Made by a program: the position numbers and the translations under genes. The notes beneath the pieces are model-generated. The model was not told the DNA's origin and made no database searches. It saw nothing but the letters and a program-made list of their open reading frames with translations. From a virus, in IMG/VR virus record IMGVR_UViG_3300020165_002937: a stretch of 64,000 nucleotides of DNA. The stretch is one strand, 5' to 3'. This document shows positions 10,317 through 20,645 of this stretch, piece by piece; positions within the stretch are counted from its first letter, which is position 1, and each line of letters begins with the position of its first letter.

Positions 10317-11459
10317 ATGGCTAGTGATGATTTCAGCGGAGACATAAGCGTAGCGCATGATTTTTTTAATGCGAATTTCGATAGTAGTCGATATAAAACT
10401 AGTCGAGTAGGCGATCGCCTTCAGAAACCGGTAAGAAACTATGTTGATGGCAGCGATTATCTTGCGAATAGACGTAAGATGATGATCTCTTTCCAACATG
10501 CTCCATCGGGCCGATCTATATTTTTCAAGTCTTTTATAACAGCTTTTAACGAAACGTATAACTCAGATTGGGTCGACGAAAAGGTTTTTGGTCGAGTAGA
10601 TCCAATTATGTTGTTCAAGAATACTTCTCGAAGGATTACTTTAGCCTTTAAGGTACCAGCCGGCACAGAAAGCGAAGCATATGAGAATCTTGTAAAATTA
10701 CAGCACCTAGCTCAATTCTTGTATCCAAACTATAAAGATGTGGGAGATGCATCTACTATCTCTCAATCGCCATTGATAAGGCTAAAGGTTATGAACTTGG
10801 CTCAAAAATCAGGCCCTTCCTCAACTGATACTAGAAACGATATCGGTGGTGCTAACCAGTCACCAGAATTATTATACGAACAGTATCGAAGCAACTATCA
10901 GTCCTCTGGTGGCCTGCTTGGTGCGGTAACAAATGTCACGATTAACCACAACTTAGAAGCCGAAGATGGCGCATTTATGAAAGCGGAGAACACTATACTG
11001 CCTAAATTGTTTGAAGTCAACTTAGAATTCGCCGTGATTCATGAGCAGCCGCTGGGATGGAAGAAGACCAGAAACGGTGCAGAATTCCAAGACAAAAATT
11101 TCCCATACAATGCCAAAGGTAGTGATCCGTTTAAGACTTTTGCTGCGGGCAAGAATGACGTGCAATCTATAATAGATGCAGCAACTCCGCCCCAAGCACG
11201 TATTGACAATGCCAAAGCTAAAAAGAATAAGGCTATTTGGGGGCTGAGTGACAGCGAGAAAGGAGATGTCATGATGCGCCGTGCGCCCCGCAAACTCGCA
11301 CGCGCGAAAAACGCCCACGATGAATCCCGCGCCGTTGACCCGTACGCTGACGCGCTAGATATGTTCACCATTGACTCTGCACCCACGGTATACTACGGGG
11401 GCTCTGAAGAAGGTGGTATGGTAGACCCTCGGTACAACCCACTTTTGCAAGGGGATTAA
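10317..11459 (+). CDS. Baseplate/tail-tube initiator-like protein
   Basis: 'FITAFNETYNSDW...VFGRVDPI..FKNTSRRITLAF', 'YPNY', 'SPLIRLK'; follows the tape measure gene. Confidence 0.6.
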   Translation: MASDDFSGDISVAHDFFNANFDSSRYKTSRVGDRLQKPVRNYVDGSDYLANRRKMMISFQHAPSGRSIFFKSFITAFNETYNSDWVDEKVFGRVDPIMLFKNTSRRITLAFKVPAGTESEAYENLVKLQHLAQFLYPNYKDVGDASTISQSPLIRLKVMNLAQKSGPSSTDTRNDIGGANQSPELLYEQYRSNYQSSGGLLGAVTNVTINHNLEAEDGAFMKAENTILPKLFEVNLEFAVIHEQPLGWKKTRNGAEFQDKNFPYNAKGSDPFKTFAAGKNDVQSIIDAATPPQARIDNAKAKKNKAIWGLSDSEKGDVMMRRAPRKLARAKNAHDESRAVDPYADALDMFTIDSAPTVYYGGSEEGGMVDPRYNPLLQGD

Positions 11460-11474
11460 AGGTTCAAATAAACT

Positions 11475-11804
11475 ATGGCAAGATACACTAAAGATAGGGT
11501 ACTAAATAACAGTAGCGAATACTACGAGTCAATTCGTCGCAACAAAAAAACTCTCAGACATTTTGAAACTCCACGACTGGCTAACCCGGGCGTTGGTGCT
11601 CGCACAGTTATAAACAGCGTAACGCATATATGGACTGTCGGCGATAGATTTTATAAATTAGCAAACACTTACTATGCTGATGTTAGATTCTGGTGGGTTA
11701 TTGCATGGTATAATGGAGTACCTACCGAAGCGCATCTCACTCGCGGGACACCAATTGAAATACCGCTCGACATTGATATGGCCTTGAGGGCCATGGGACA
11801 ATAA
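11475..11804 (+). CDS. Baseplate wedge LysM-like protein (gp53-like)
   Basis: 'GDRFYKLANTYYADVRFWWVIAWYN....G..IEIP'. Confidence 0.8.
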   Translation: MARYTKDRVLNNSSEYYESIRRNKKTLRHFETPRLANPGVGARTVINSVTHIWTVGDRFYKLANTYYADVRFWWVIAWYNGVPTEAHLTRGTPIEIPLDIDMALRAMGQ

Positions 11805-11805
11805 A

Positions 11806-14800
11806 ATGGCAGTATCAAAAGATAGCGAATCGGCGCAAGCAGGCCTAGGGGTCTTTAAAGCAATCGATGAATGTGGTCCGACGATTAAAGAGAACATGGC
11901 TCTTTACGATCAGGTTATGGCCCCACTTGAAGCGGCTTTACTAAGTAACACGATGGACGGCACCCCGCTTACCGGCGAGCCAATATACGATGACATGTCT
12001 TCCGAGCAGAAAGCTAACTACGAACTCATGATGGATCTTTTTTACCCCGGATTCAGCACCGCCGGCCCCCTCAGTTCAGTTGGAGATCTCTCGTCTAGAA
12101 ATTATTCTTCCAGTACTCCCGGATACTTGACTGGCGACGAATTGGAAACAATTAGTAAACTCCTCAACAGGGAGAATACCACCGAAGAGGAAACAGAAGC
12201 TGCCCTCGCAGCAGCAATCATGGGAACCTCTCGAAACGCCAAAGCCGCCGGCTCCGGTAACAACGGCTCAGTTAAAAAGCTGCTTGAACAAATTGAATCG
12301 AACCTAGTTTTGAATTGGGAAGAGAGATCCCATGTCCGCGACAAGATGTACCACGCGAAGACTAATAATCTTTTAGATTATGATGGCTCTAAAGAGTTCA
12401 CTATCGGCAACAACACTAAAGGACTCACCAAGGGTGATGGGCCCAGCCTAACCCCGGCCCAGCAAGCCTACGTAGACTTCGTTAGAGCCGATTATCTCAA
12501 GAATAATACTAGCGGCTTCGGCTCGACCGGCGCCAAAGACGCCAAGAAAGCTTTTGACGAAATGAAAAAATGCGAAAAGAGTATAACGGATGCAGACCAA
12601 AGACTAAAAGACTCGAAGCTGGATAACCGTGCGCTAGCACTGCTTGGGCTGCAAGAAGGAGCCAGCCTCTACGCCCAGGCCGTTGCACTCGCCGGCCAGA
12701 TGGGCCTTGGTGGCCTCAGTGACGAAAACGACGAACAGATTCGAGATGCCTATAACGATGTAAGCGAAACAGCTACCCAATTGGCGCTCACTGCTATGGG
12801 TGTGGACATGAACTATAAGGAGCAATGCTACTTGCTCGCCAAGATATTGCAGCTTTCGCAATACAAAATGAGTATAATTGATCAAGGTTTGGACAGGGGT
12901 TCCCCAGCGAAAAAAACGTTACCGTATGTTAAAGGCGCTGGCAACAGTAGCATACAGGCAATGGGCGACCCTTATGGTTTTGTCAATAAGCTGACACAAT
13001 CCGGTCGTTTTGAAGAATTTTTTAATATAGAAGGCAGGGATCTATCATCGATGCAACCATACATAAGGCTGTACAAGATGACTCGAAAAAAGTTTAACGG
13101 CACAATGGGGGACATAGAGACTCCAATACAATTTGACTCAGTACAGAAACCTGGCGACCTTAAGGAATTTTTTAAGAAAAAAGAGGCTAGAGGGTTTGGG
13201 GTTGGTATAAAAGATTTTACATTTAAATATGAGGGCTCTAACCCTTTTTCGGTCAAGAAAAGTATTAGTGCTAAGCTGACTATCCACGCAAACTCCTTTG
13301 ACGAGTTAATCCAGCCAAGAACCTCAACAAATCCAGGATCAAGCAATTCTTCAAAATATCGATATTTGGATTTATGCCTGAAAACTGGCAATATTACAAA
13401 AAAGAAAGAGCAGGCTTATGATGACTATGTTGGAAAAGCGATACAAAGAATTCAAGATTCAAAAAACTATTCATTAGATTTTAGATTAAAAGCGGTTGTA
13501 GGCTGGTCTACCCCGAGTTCGCATGGGGATAACTCAACAGCCACTGCCACAAAAAGAAGAAAGATGCTGGATGCGGTAGACGACAGCTATATCACATTAA
13601 ATTTGACCCCCACAACACACGAATTTAACATAGGCGACGACGGCCGCGTAGAATTTGTTATAAATTATTTAGCATATGTCGATGAGCTGTTTGATCAGCC
13701 CAACTATAACATATTTTCCACCGGTGCTTTGAACGCCGCGGCTTTTTTGGCAGAGGTAGAAAAGAAAGACGCCCTTGTTAAGTGTGATGAAAAAAAAGGT
13801 GCTACTGCCAAGCAATCTAAAGACGGGGCCCTATCAACGTGGATTGAGGGCCAAAAAGCTTCTAGCCTGCAGAACATAATCCACTCTCTTTCAGATAAAG
13901 GAAGAATTTTTTATGCGCGTATTCCGCGGACTGACTTGGCTCTGTTTACTTCGCAAGGCCCGTTTTACGAGCGCGCCGGCGCCACTTTAGATGTGGCGGC
14001 TTCTGAAAGCCTACGAAAGAGCATGAAAAAGGAGGTTAATGAGATGATTAGGCCGCTTGATGCTGCGTGGGTTGAAACAAAAGATAAAGATGGAAACCCG
14101 GCCGGTGTTGACTCCGAAGGCCTTAGTTTCAAAGAGTGGGACCTTCAAAACAAACGAAATCTGCAGTTTTCGAGTTCAGCTTATAGCTGGGACGAAGAAC
14201 ATATAGCTTTCTTTTTTCTAAGCGATCTCATAGACACTATTTTGAAATCGATCGAGGGGGCACTCAGTGACTTCTCGACAGAGCTAACCAAAATGCAACA
14301 TCCCAATAGCAACTTTCCAAATCCAAAAGTTGCTGTCACAAAAGCGGAAGAAAAGTTAGAAATTGAAAGATTTGAAAGGTTATCGGAGCAATTTGAGAAA
14401 TTTCGTGTAGTGCTCGGCCCAATTGAAATAGTCGACCCAAAAAGCGAACTACATACCCAATTTCTTTCTATGGGCGATCTCCCAATATCGGTAAAATATT
14501 TTGTTGAATGGCTTTCTTCTGAAGTGGTTGGTAAAGCAACTTCGAATTATCCGTTAACTACTTTTTTATCGAGATTGATGAACAACCTATTGCGTGATTT
14601 TATAAATACTGATTCATGTTGGGCCAAAAGAGGATTTCAGAAATTAAGGCTGTTCAATACCACGATAACCGATTATGAATTAGAGGGAACGGGCCTTGAT
14701 TCCCTTACAAACCGAGCCCTCCGCGGAGGCCATCGGTTAGTTGTAGGAGACTTAACTAACAGCGAACAAGGCCATAAGCGACTGTTGAACATCTCAGGAC

Positions 14801-15540
14801 CAAAAAAAGGAACGATCGGTCCTCCCAATTCCGAAAGAAACTATTTAATTTTTCATGCAGGCCGAACCCAACCAGTTCAAAAAATGAATGGCGATCGAGC
14901 TGAAGACCACGGCCGCGGCATATTTCATTATATTCTTGGCCGCGACAAAGGAATAATTAAAAACATAGCACTGACCAGAACTTCTACTGCGGGCCACAAA
15001 GAAGTAAGATTTGAAGGGGAGGGGTATAATGGGCTAGCCCAGTTAAGAGAAGTCTATGACGTTGAAATCGAATCTTTTGCAAACATTTCAGCTTGGCCCG
15101 GTACTTATATTTTCGTCGACCCGCGCGGATTTGCTCCCACTTTAAGCTATGACATGAAGCAAGAAGGGTTTAACTTCGAAGATTTGACTGACTATGGCCT
15201 AGGCGGTTATTACATGATAATTTCCTCAGAACACTCGTTTGGTCCGGGCTATGCCAATACGTCGATAACTGCAAAATGGACTCACCAGATCGATCACAAA
15301 GGAGACCAGCCAGCCTCCGGTCAGGAACTGCACGAAGCTGGTTACCAAGCCGGCGACCAGTCGACTATACCAAATTTACAATCTGGTAAATGTGCCTCTG
15401 TCAAGTCTGGCCGGCGCGATAGACTGGAAGCTGCCGAACTTGGCGTTGTGGACAACGACGGCAACGACTTTATAACGTCTTTGCTTAAAAGTGTGCCTTT
15501 CTTCGGAGATGATGTGTCGAAAAAGCCAGGCCCCAAGTAG
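11806..15540 (+). CDS. Large baseplate hub-like protein
   Basis: C-terminal 'YDVEIESF.N....PGTYIFVDP...GLGGYYMI.S.EH' resembles hub (gp27/GpD-type) C-termini; synteny. Confidence 0.55.
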   Translation: MAVSKDSESAQAGLGVFKAIDECGPTIKENMALYDQVMAPLEAALLSNTMDGTPLTGEPIYDDMSSEQKANYELMMDLFYPGFSTAGPLSSVGDLSSRNYSSSTPGYLTGDELETISKLLNRENTTEEETEAALAAAIMGTSRNAKAAGSGNNGSVKKLLEQIESNLVLNWEERSHVRDKMYHAKTNNLLDYDGSKEFTIGNNTKGLTKGDGPSLTPAQQAYVDFVRADYLKNNTSGFGSTGAKDAKKAFDEMKKCEKSITDADQRLKDSKLDNRALALLGLQEGASLYAQAVALAGQMGLGGLSDENDEQIRDAYNDVSETATQLALTAMGVDMNYKEQCYLLAKILQLSQYKMSIIDQGLDRGSPAKKTLPYVKGAGNSSIQAMGDPYGFVNKLTQSGRFEEFFNIEGRDLSSMQPYIRLYKMTRKKFNGTMGDIETPIQFDSVQKPGDLKEFFKKKEARGFGVGIKDFTFKYEGSNPFSVKKSISAKLTIHANSFDELIQPRTSTNPGSSNSSKYRYLDLCLKTGNITKKKEQAYDDYVGKAIQRIQDSKNYSLDFRLKAVVGWSTPSSHGDNSTATATKRRKMLDAVDDSYITLNLTPTTHEFNIGDDGRVEFVINYLAYVDELFDQPNYNIFSTGALNAAAFLAEVEKKDALVKCDEKKGATAKQSKDGALSTWIEGQKASSLQNIIHSLSDKGRIFYARIPRTDLALFTSQGPFYERAGATLDVAASESLRKSMKKEVNEMIRPLDAAWVETKDKDGNPAGVDSEGLSFKEWDLQNKRNLQFSSSAYSWDEEHIAFFFLSDLIDTILKSIEGALSDFSTELTKMQHPNSNFPNPKVAVTKAEEKLEIERFERLSEQFEKFRVVLGPIEIVDPKSELHTQFLSMGDLPISVKYFVEWLSSEVVGKATSNYPLTTFLSRLMNNLLRDFINTDSCWAKRGFQKLRLFNTTITDYELEGTGLDSLTNRALRGGHRLVVGDLTNSEQGHKRLLNISGPKKGTIGPPNSERNYLIFHAGRTQPVQKMNGDRAEDHGRGIFHYILGRDKGIIKNIALTRTSTAGHKEVRFEGEGYNGLAQLREVYDVEIESFANISAWPGTYIFVDPRGFAPTLSYDMKQEGFNFEDLTDYGLGGYYMIISSEHSFGPGYANTSITAKWTHQIDHKGDQPASGQELHEAGYQAGDQSTIPNLQSGKCASVKSGRRDRLEAAELGVVDNDGNDFITSLLKSVPFFGDDVSKKPGPK

Positions 15541-15583
15541 TTACTTTAGATAGAGCTACAACGTTATAAAGGAGAACAACAGG

Positions 15584-16786
15584 ATGTCAAAACTATTTGT
15601 TAGAAGTGAAAATGATGGCGCCCGAAATTTATTTAAGAAGAGGACCATCTATAGATCAAACATGTACACAATGTCTCAGGCCTACCCAAACATAGTAGAT
15701 TTCAATCTCGGCGAAAAGTTCTTTTATGGTCGAACTAGTCAGTATTTTGAGCCAATTATATACCGTCAACGGTTTTCAAAATTAAGCATAATTAATTCTT
15801 TGGCTGATACTCCGACAAGGAGCCCCAAAGTCATTGATTTTGTTGCGGATGTGTTTAACCAGATGTTTGTACAGTTCAGAAAAGGTCAACTTACGGGTAA
15901 ACTATCTGATGACAAAAGCCCGATAAGCGAGTTTAAGATATATAAAGCTTTTGAAAGCCCCGACATTTTATACCGTGAATATGTCAATGCGCAAATGCAG
16001 ACACTGATCACAGTTGCAGCTAAAGAAAAGATCGTTTTTGAAAATTTTGATCAATTTTTTGAATATTTTATGAAATCGACGAATGCCTATACTCAAAAAA
16101 TTCCTTTCACTCGACCAGCTTTCATTAAAAGCAAGTACTGTCCGATAACGTGTTCTGGACTGGCCATAGAACTTGATGACGGAGAATATACAAACGACGA
16201 AGAAAAATGGAACATGATCGTCAAAAGCCCCAATTGGTTATATTATGTAAATCTTTGTAATACTTACGGATTTATGATCGATATGAGTTACCCTATGCGA
16301 ATAGTAGCCGACATCGACTCTGAAATTATGCAAGAGTCAGCAGCGAAATATGGCCTGGATTCAACCGCGGTTATCTTAGAACAAGCTTATGTCCCGGCTC
16401 ACCAAGGATACCTTGCGCAATTTAAAAATATACTGTATAATACATACGTGCGTGCAACAAGCACAAAACAAGCAATCGAGAAGGATTGCGGAAATTCGTC
16501 AATACCCGCCATCTCAAAGAGTGTTGAATACAAAAAAGAAAGGTTTGACGAAATTTACGGGGATGAATTTTTTCTAAATGCATATTTTAAAATGAGGTTC
16601 CGAGAAGAGGAGTCTCACTTTACTGACGGGCAGAAATTCCGCATAATTGATGATTGTATGGAAAACTATTTGATCAACGGTTTAGATAAGTCAATGGCAG
16701 ATTTTGAAAGAATCTTAAACAAAACATTTGACTATCGTGGCTCAGTCAGCTATATTATGATGCAGCGGCGCATTCAAGACAAGTAG
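15584..16786 (+). CDS. Hypothetical phage protein
   Basis: 400-aa ORF with AAGGAG RBS. Confidence 0.6.
   Translation: MSKLFVRSENDGARNLFKKRTIYRSNMYTMSQAYPNIVDFNLGEKFFYGRTSQYFEPIIYRQRFSKLSIINSLADTPTRSPKVIDFVADVFNQMFVQFRKGQLTGKLSDDKSPISEFKIYKAFESPDILYREYVNAQMQTLITVAAKEKIVFENFDQFFEYFMKSTNAYTQKIPFTRPAFIKSKYCPITCSGLAIELDDGEYTNDEEKWNMIVKSPNWLYYVNLCNTYGFMIDMSYPMRIVADIDSEIMQESAAKYGLDSTAVILEQAYVPAHQGYLAQFKNILYNTYVRATSTKQAIEKDCGNSSIPAISKSVEYKKERFDEIYGDEFFLNAYFKMRFREEESHFTDGQKFRIIDDCMENYLINGLDKSMADFERILNKTFDYRGSVSYIMMQRRIQDK
16728..16756 (+). promoter_or_regulatory. Sigma70-type promoter for the replication module
   Basis: TTGACT-N17-TATATT. Confidence 0.6.
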
Positions 16787-16802
16787 CGCCCCAAGGTGCA
16801 TT

Positions 16803-17993
16803 TTGTATTTTCAAACATTAGACGACAAAAAAGAGTGTGTTGGGGTTTATAGCAACGGCCACCTGAACTTTGATGAAGTCCCGTCAGGGTTGACTAAGAC
16901 ATGGAAATATACTGGTTCTATCGACAAAGACGATATAGAGTACGCATGGCTCTTGTGTGGGGGTAAAGAATTAAGTGAAGTGTGTCCGCGGGATTTATCA
17001 GATCAACTGCTTTCGTCTCAAAAGAAATTTAATGCATTCATGAAAGCTTTTAGGACTGCCAACGTCGATCTGCGCCAAAATTGTATTTTTGATTTAGTGC
17101 CTTATGACTTCTTAAAAGAATTTTGCGAAATTAAGAATAGAATAACCGAACATGTATTTGAAAATTATAGTCAGCCAACAAATTATGAATTTTTAAAGGA
17201 TGCATACAAACTCATACACAAAATAAGATATCAAGACTTAAATGTTGATGTTTCTGGCTGTCGCGATCTTTTCTTAAACAGCCAAGACTCCAGGAAGGTT
17301 AGCTCTATATTGAATGGAAGCAGGTTTATCGATTATAATTTGTTTGGTACCGCAACTGGCCGTTTATCTACCAAGCGCGGCTCATTCCCAATATTGACCA
17401 TGAAAAAGAAATTTAGAAAATTGGTAAAACCTAAGAACGATTGGTTTATCTCCCTAGATTATAATAGTGCTGAAGTTAGAACTCTCCTAGCGCTCTCCGA
17501 AAGACCACAGCCGGAAATCGACATACATGACTGGCACTGTGAAACAGTGTTCAAACACGTGCCCGAACTCACACGCCAAAAAGCCAAAACTATGTTTTTT
17601 GCGTGGCTCTACAACCCTGCTTCTAAAAAAGCTAATATAGATTTCTATGATCGCGAAAAATTATTGAAAGATTACTATAAAGATGGTATAATATCAACTC
17701 CACTTGGGAGGGACATTCGCGTGGTAAAAAATAAGGCTTTTAACTACCTAATTCAAAGCACAACAGCTGATTTAGTTATCGACAGAGCAATTCAGATTGA
17801 CAAGGCATTAGAGGGCAAGCAGTCATTTATATCACACATAATTCATGATGAGATCGTTATTGATTTTAGTGATAAAGAGCGTTATTTGTTGAAAGATATT
17901 AAAAATTTATTTGCCAACAATACACTTGATGAATATGTAGTCAACATTAAGGCTGGTCAAAATTATTATGAGCTTAAGGACATGAATATATGA
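16803..17993 (+). CDS. polA: Compact family A DNA polymerase (polymerase domain only)
   Basis: 'TATGRLS', motif A 'SLDYNSAEVR', motif B 'RQKAKTMFFAWLY', 'NYLIQSTTAD', motif C 'IHDEIV'. Confidence 0.85.
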   Translation: MYFQTLDDKKECVGVYSNGHLNFDEVPSGLTKTWKYTGSIDKDDIEYAWLLCGGKELSEVCPRDLSDQLLSSQKKFNAFMKAFRTANVDLRQNCIFDLVPYDFLKEFCEIKNRITEHVFENYSQPTNYEFLKDAYKLIHKIRYQDLNVDVSGCRDLFLNSQDSRKVSSILNGSRFIDYNLFGTATGRLSTKRGSFPILTMKKKFRKLVKPKNDWFISLDYNSAEVRTLLALSERPQPEIDIHDWHCETVFKHVPELTRQKAKTMFFAWLYNPASKKANIDFYDREKLLKDYYKDGIISTPLGRDIRVVKNKAFNYLIQSTTADLVIDRAIQIDKALEGKQSFISHIIHDEIVIDFSDKERYLLKDIKNLFANNTLDEYVVNIKAGQNYYELKDMNI

Positions 17994-18847
17994 TATCGAT
18001 TGTGGGTATTGGCAACGGCGCCTCAGCCATCGCAGAAAAATTTGCTTCTAACTCAAGTAACTATAATGCGTATTCGTTGAACACCAAAGTGGCGAAAAGG
18101 ACCAAATACAAGTTCAAACTAAAGACCTTCAGTACGCCAGAGGAATATGAAAAAAACATTCCTGATGTTAAAAAATTCTTTAAAGAGATCGATGAGCATG
18201 TGCAGGTGTTCGTGCTTGGGTCTTCGTATAGTTCAAATTACACTCTTGGCATTTTAGAGCAAATAAAGCACAAAAAGCTGGACGTGTTCTATATTCAGCC
18301 TGACATAGAGTTAATTTCGGGCATTCCAAAATTAGTAGAACAAGCTTGTTTTGGTGTATTGCAGGAATATGCGCGCTCCGGGTTGCTAAACTCACTCACT
18401 CTTATATCAAATTGCAAAATGGAAGATGCGTTAGTAAACGTGCCCGTTAAGAGTTACTTTGATGTAATTAATAGCTCCGTGTTCTCTACCGTGCATTACC
18501 TTAATTACTTTAATCACGCTGAACCCGAAATTGGAAATGTGTCTAAGCCAAACAAAATTAATCGGCTCAGAACCATTGGATTATTGAACATGGAGAATTT
18601 TCAAGAAAAGTGGTTATTTGACCTTGACACGCCTCGTGAACTATGTTATTATCTTTGTATAAATAAAGAAAAATTAGAAACAGAAGGCGGGCTTCATAGA
18701 AAAATCGTTGATCTCTTAAAAAAGAAACCAACGAATGCATATTGCAAATTGTCGTATGCGATTTATGAAACTGAACATAAAAGAGACTTTGGGTTTTGCG
18801 TTGCCCACACTAACGTAATTCAATCAAAAAAACCCTTGACAAGCTAG
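17990..18847 (+). CDS. Divergent tubulin/FtsZ-family (PhuZ/TubZ-like) protein
   Basis: N-terminal 'IVGIGNGASAIA' T1 loop, 'YIQPD', 'LISN'; the GGGTG(S/T)G signature is degenerate. Confidence 0.55.
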   Translation: MISIVGIGNGASAIAEKFASNSSNYNAYSLNTKVAKRTKYKFKLKTFSTPEEYEKNIPDVKKFFKEIDEHVQVFVLGSSYSSNYTLGILEQIKHKKLDVFYIQPDIELISGIPKLVEQACFGVLQEYARSGLLNSLTLISNCKMEDALVNVPVKSYFDVINSSVFSTVHYLNYFNHAEPEIGNVSKPNKINRLRTIGLLNMENFQEKWLFDLDTPRELCYYLCINKEKLETEGGLHRKIVDLLKKKPTNAYCKLSYAIYETEHKRDFGFCVAHTNVIQSKKPLTS

Positions 18848-18864
18848 AGCAAGGGTGATACATT
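18836..18864 (+). promoter_or_regulatory. Sigma70-type promoter for SSB
   Basis: TTGACA-N17-TACATT. Confidence 0.55.
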
Positions 18865-18919
18865 AGATGCTGAGGAACGCTCAGTATACTTTACAACAAC
18901 AAAACAAGGAGAAAAACTA

Positions 18920-19696
18920 ATGTCAATCAATATGGAACTAATGCGGCGAAAGCTTGCAACACTACGAGGCGAAGGAGGAGATAACAGAGACTCAATCTGG
19001 TTCAAGCCAGATGAGGGTGATACTGATATCCGCATCGTACCTACATCGGACGGAGATCCGCTGAAGGAAATGTTCTTCCACTATAATGTTGGGGATCACA
19101 AGGGTGGCATCATGTGTCCAAAGAGAAACTTTGGAGAATCGTGTCCGGTATGTGAATTTGCTTCCCAACTATGGCGAGAAGGGGTAGATAACAATGACGA
19201 AGAAAGCAAGAAGCTTGCGAAGTCACTGTTCGTTCGAACCCGCTATTTCTCACCAGTCGTTGTCCGCGGCCGCGAAGACGAAGGAATCAAGGTCTATGGT
19301 TATGGCAAGCAAGCTTATGAGCTGCTTCTTGGCTACATTCTTGACCCTGAGTACGGTGACATCACCGATTCGCTAGAGGGTACCGACATCACGCTTACTT
19401 ACACTAGGCCCACACACCGTGGTGCATTTCCACAAACAAACTTAAAGATGCGTCGTAATACATCTAACTTGCTAGAGGATAAGGAAGCAATCCCCGCCCT
19501 CCTTGAGCGTATGCCAGAATTTGGCTCGCTATTTGAACGCCTTAGCCCCGCGCAAGTAGACGAAATCTTGGATGGCCAGCTTTCCAGCGACAAGACCGCT
19601 GAAAGCCGATCATCCACACTAACTAAGCGCTTTGGTCCCGCTGACGGTAAGAAGAGCGAAGTAGACCGAGCTTTTGATGAACTAGTAGCTGGTTAG
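18920..19696 (+). CDS. Single-stranded DNA-binding protein, gp32-like
   Basis: 'WFKP..G...IRIVP', 'CP......CPVCE', 'YGDITD...G.D', acidic C-terminal 'AFDEL'. Confidence 0.85.
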   Translation: MSINMELMRRKLATLRGEGGDNRDSIWFKPDEGDTDIRIVPTSDGDPLKEMFFHYNVGDHKGGIMCPKRNFGESCPVCEFASQLWREGVDNNDEESKKLAKSLFVRTRYFSPVVVRGREDEGIKVYGYGKQAYELLLGYILDPEYGDITDSLEGTDITLTYTRPTHRGAFPQTNLKMRRNTSNLLEDKEAIPALLERMPEFGSLFERLSPAQVDEILDGQLSSDKTAESRSSTLTKRFGPADGKKSEVDRAFDELVAG

Positions 19697-19711
19697 TGAA
19701 GTTTGTGGCCA

Positions 19712-19742
19712 CCGATAGCAGAGCGGGTTTAAATACTCTGCT
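19712..19742 (+). repeat. Structured intergenic element, copy 1 (pseudoknot-like)
   Basis: CCG-AT-AGCAGAG-CGG-GTTTAAATA-CTCTGCT. Confidence 0.75.
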
Positions 19743-19774
19743 ACCTTTTATAAATATACCAAAGAGGATAAAAT

Positions 19775-20323
19775 ATGGATAAGAAAAGAAGAATATTACT
19801 GTCTACGTTAATAAAGACGCTAGAATTTCACCAAATGGACATCGACGAGATGGGTGAATTTTTTGTAGAATTTGAAGACAGCAAGATGGTTGATCAATTT
19901 TTTGGAAAGTTGAGCGCCAAGAAGACAGAGACAAACGAACACGAACAGAACATAATTGTTGTGCGTCTCAAAGATGCCTGCTCCGTAATTGGTGGCGTTT
20001 CGGGCCTCCACTTACATCGCAACAATGTGCCCGGCATTGAGTGCAATAAAGATGGAAAGGTTACGATCGACATGTCGACCGACTGGATTAAGAAGTTTAA
20101 AATTACAGAAGAAGATTTCCGCAATGGAACTAAGAAGCTACTTCGCACTGGCCCAGCCCAAAAGATTTTAGAGTTATCTTCTAACAGCTTTGTTAGAAAC
20201 AGTTACTTCAAAGAAAGAGCAGTTAAATTTGGAAAGCTCTGGGTAGTGGATGCCGAAGCCGTTCAAGAATATAATGGCAGCAGAGGTCAGCCACACATAG
20301 CTCTAGTGAAAGAAGAATCATAA
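19775..20323 (+). CDS. Hypothetical protein (cassette 1)
   Basis: 182-aa ORF with GAGG RBS, between repeat copies 1 and 2. Confidence 0.65.
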   Translation: MDKKRRILLSTLIKTLEFHQMDIDEMGEFFVEFEDSKMVDQFFGKLSAKKTETNEHEQNIIVVRLKDACSVIGGVSGLHLHRNNVPGIECNKDGKVTIDMSTDWIKKFKITEEDFRNGTKKLLRTGPAQKILELSSNSFVRNSYFKERAVKFGKLWVVDAEAVQEYNGSRGQPHIALVKEES

Positions 20324-20327
20324 AATG

Positions 20328-20354
20328 CCGCTAGCAGGCCGGAAATAGCCTGCT
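20328..20354 (+). repeat. Structured intergenic element, copy 2
   Basis: CCG-CT-AGCAGGC-CGG-AAATA-GCCTGCT. Confidence 0.8.
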
Positions 20355-20382
20355 TTTATTTTAACTAAATAGGAGAATCAAT

Positions 20383-20637
20383 ATGTTAGAATGGATTAAG
20401 TCCGCATGGGCTAAATGGAAAGTGCAAGTTAGTGTCGCCGGCGGAGTTCTGGTTGTCGCAACTGCTTATGGCACTTGTTCGGTTGACCCAGCAGCTGTTT
20501 CAGATGCATCATCGACCACAAATGAGACAGTCGAAATCGGCGATGCCGTACAAGTGTCAGCGACAACAGCTGAGACGGAAACAGCACCCGACAATGTTGA
20601 CGCTACAAATTCAGAAACCAAAACTGAAACTGAGTAG
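20383..20637 (+). CDS. Small membrane-anchored protein with acidic Thr-rich tail (cassette 2)
   Basis: Amphipathic N-terminus, hydrophobic segment, Cys, then a D/E/T-rich tail; AGGAG RBS. Confidence 0.7.
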   Translation: MLEWIKSAWAKWKVQVSVAGGVLVVATAYGTCSVDPAAVSDASSTTNETVEIGDAVQVSATTAETETAPDNVDATNSETKTETE

Positions 20638-20645
20638 CAATATAT

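Noticed and set aside
17990-18847. Nucleus-forming jumbo phage
   Set aside because: No chimallin or multisubunit RNAP is recognisable, and sigma70-type promoters indicate use of host RNAP
19749-19756. T4 late promoter TATAAATA
   Set aside because: An isolated occurrence in an AT-rich gap; structural genes use a different motif
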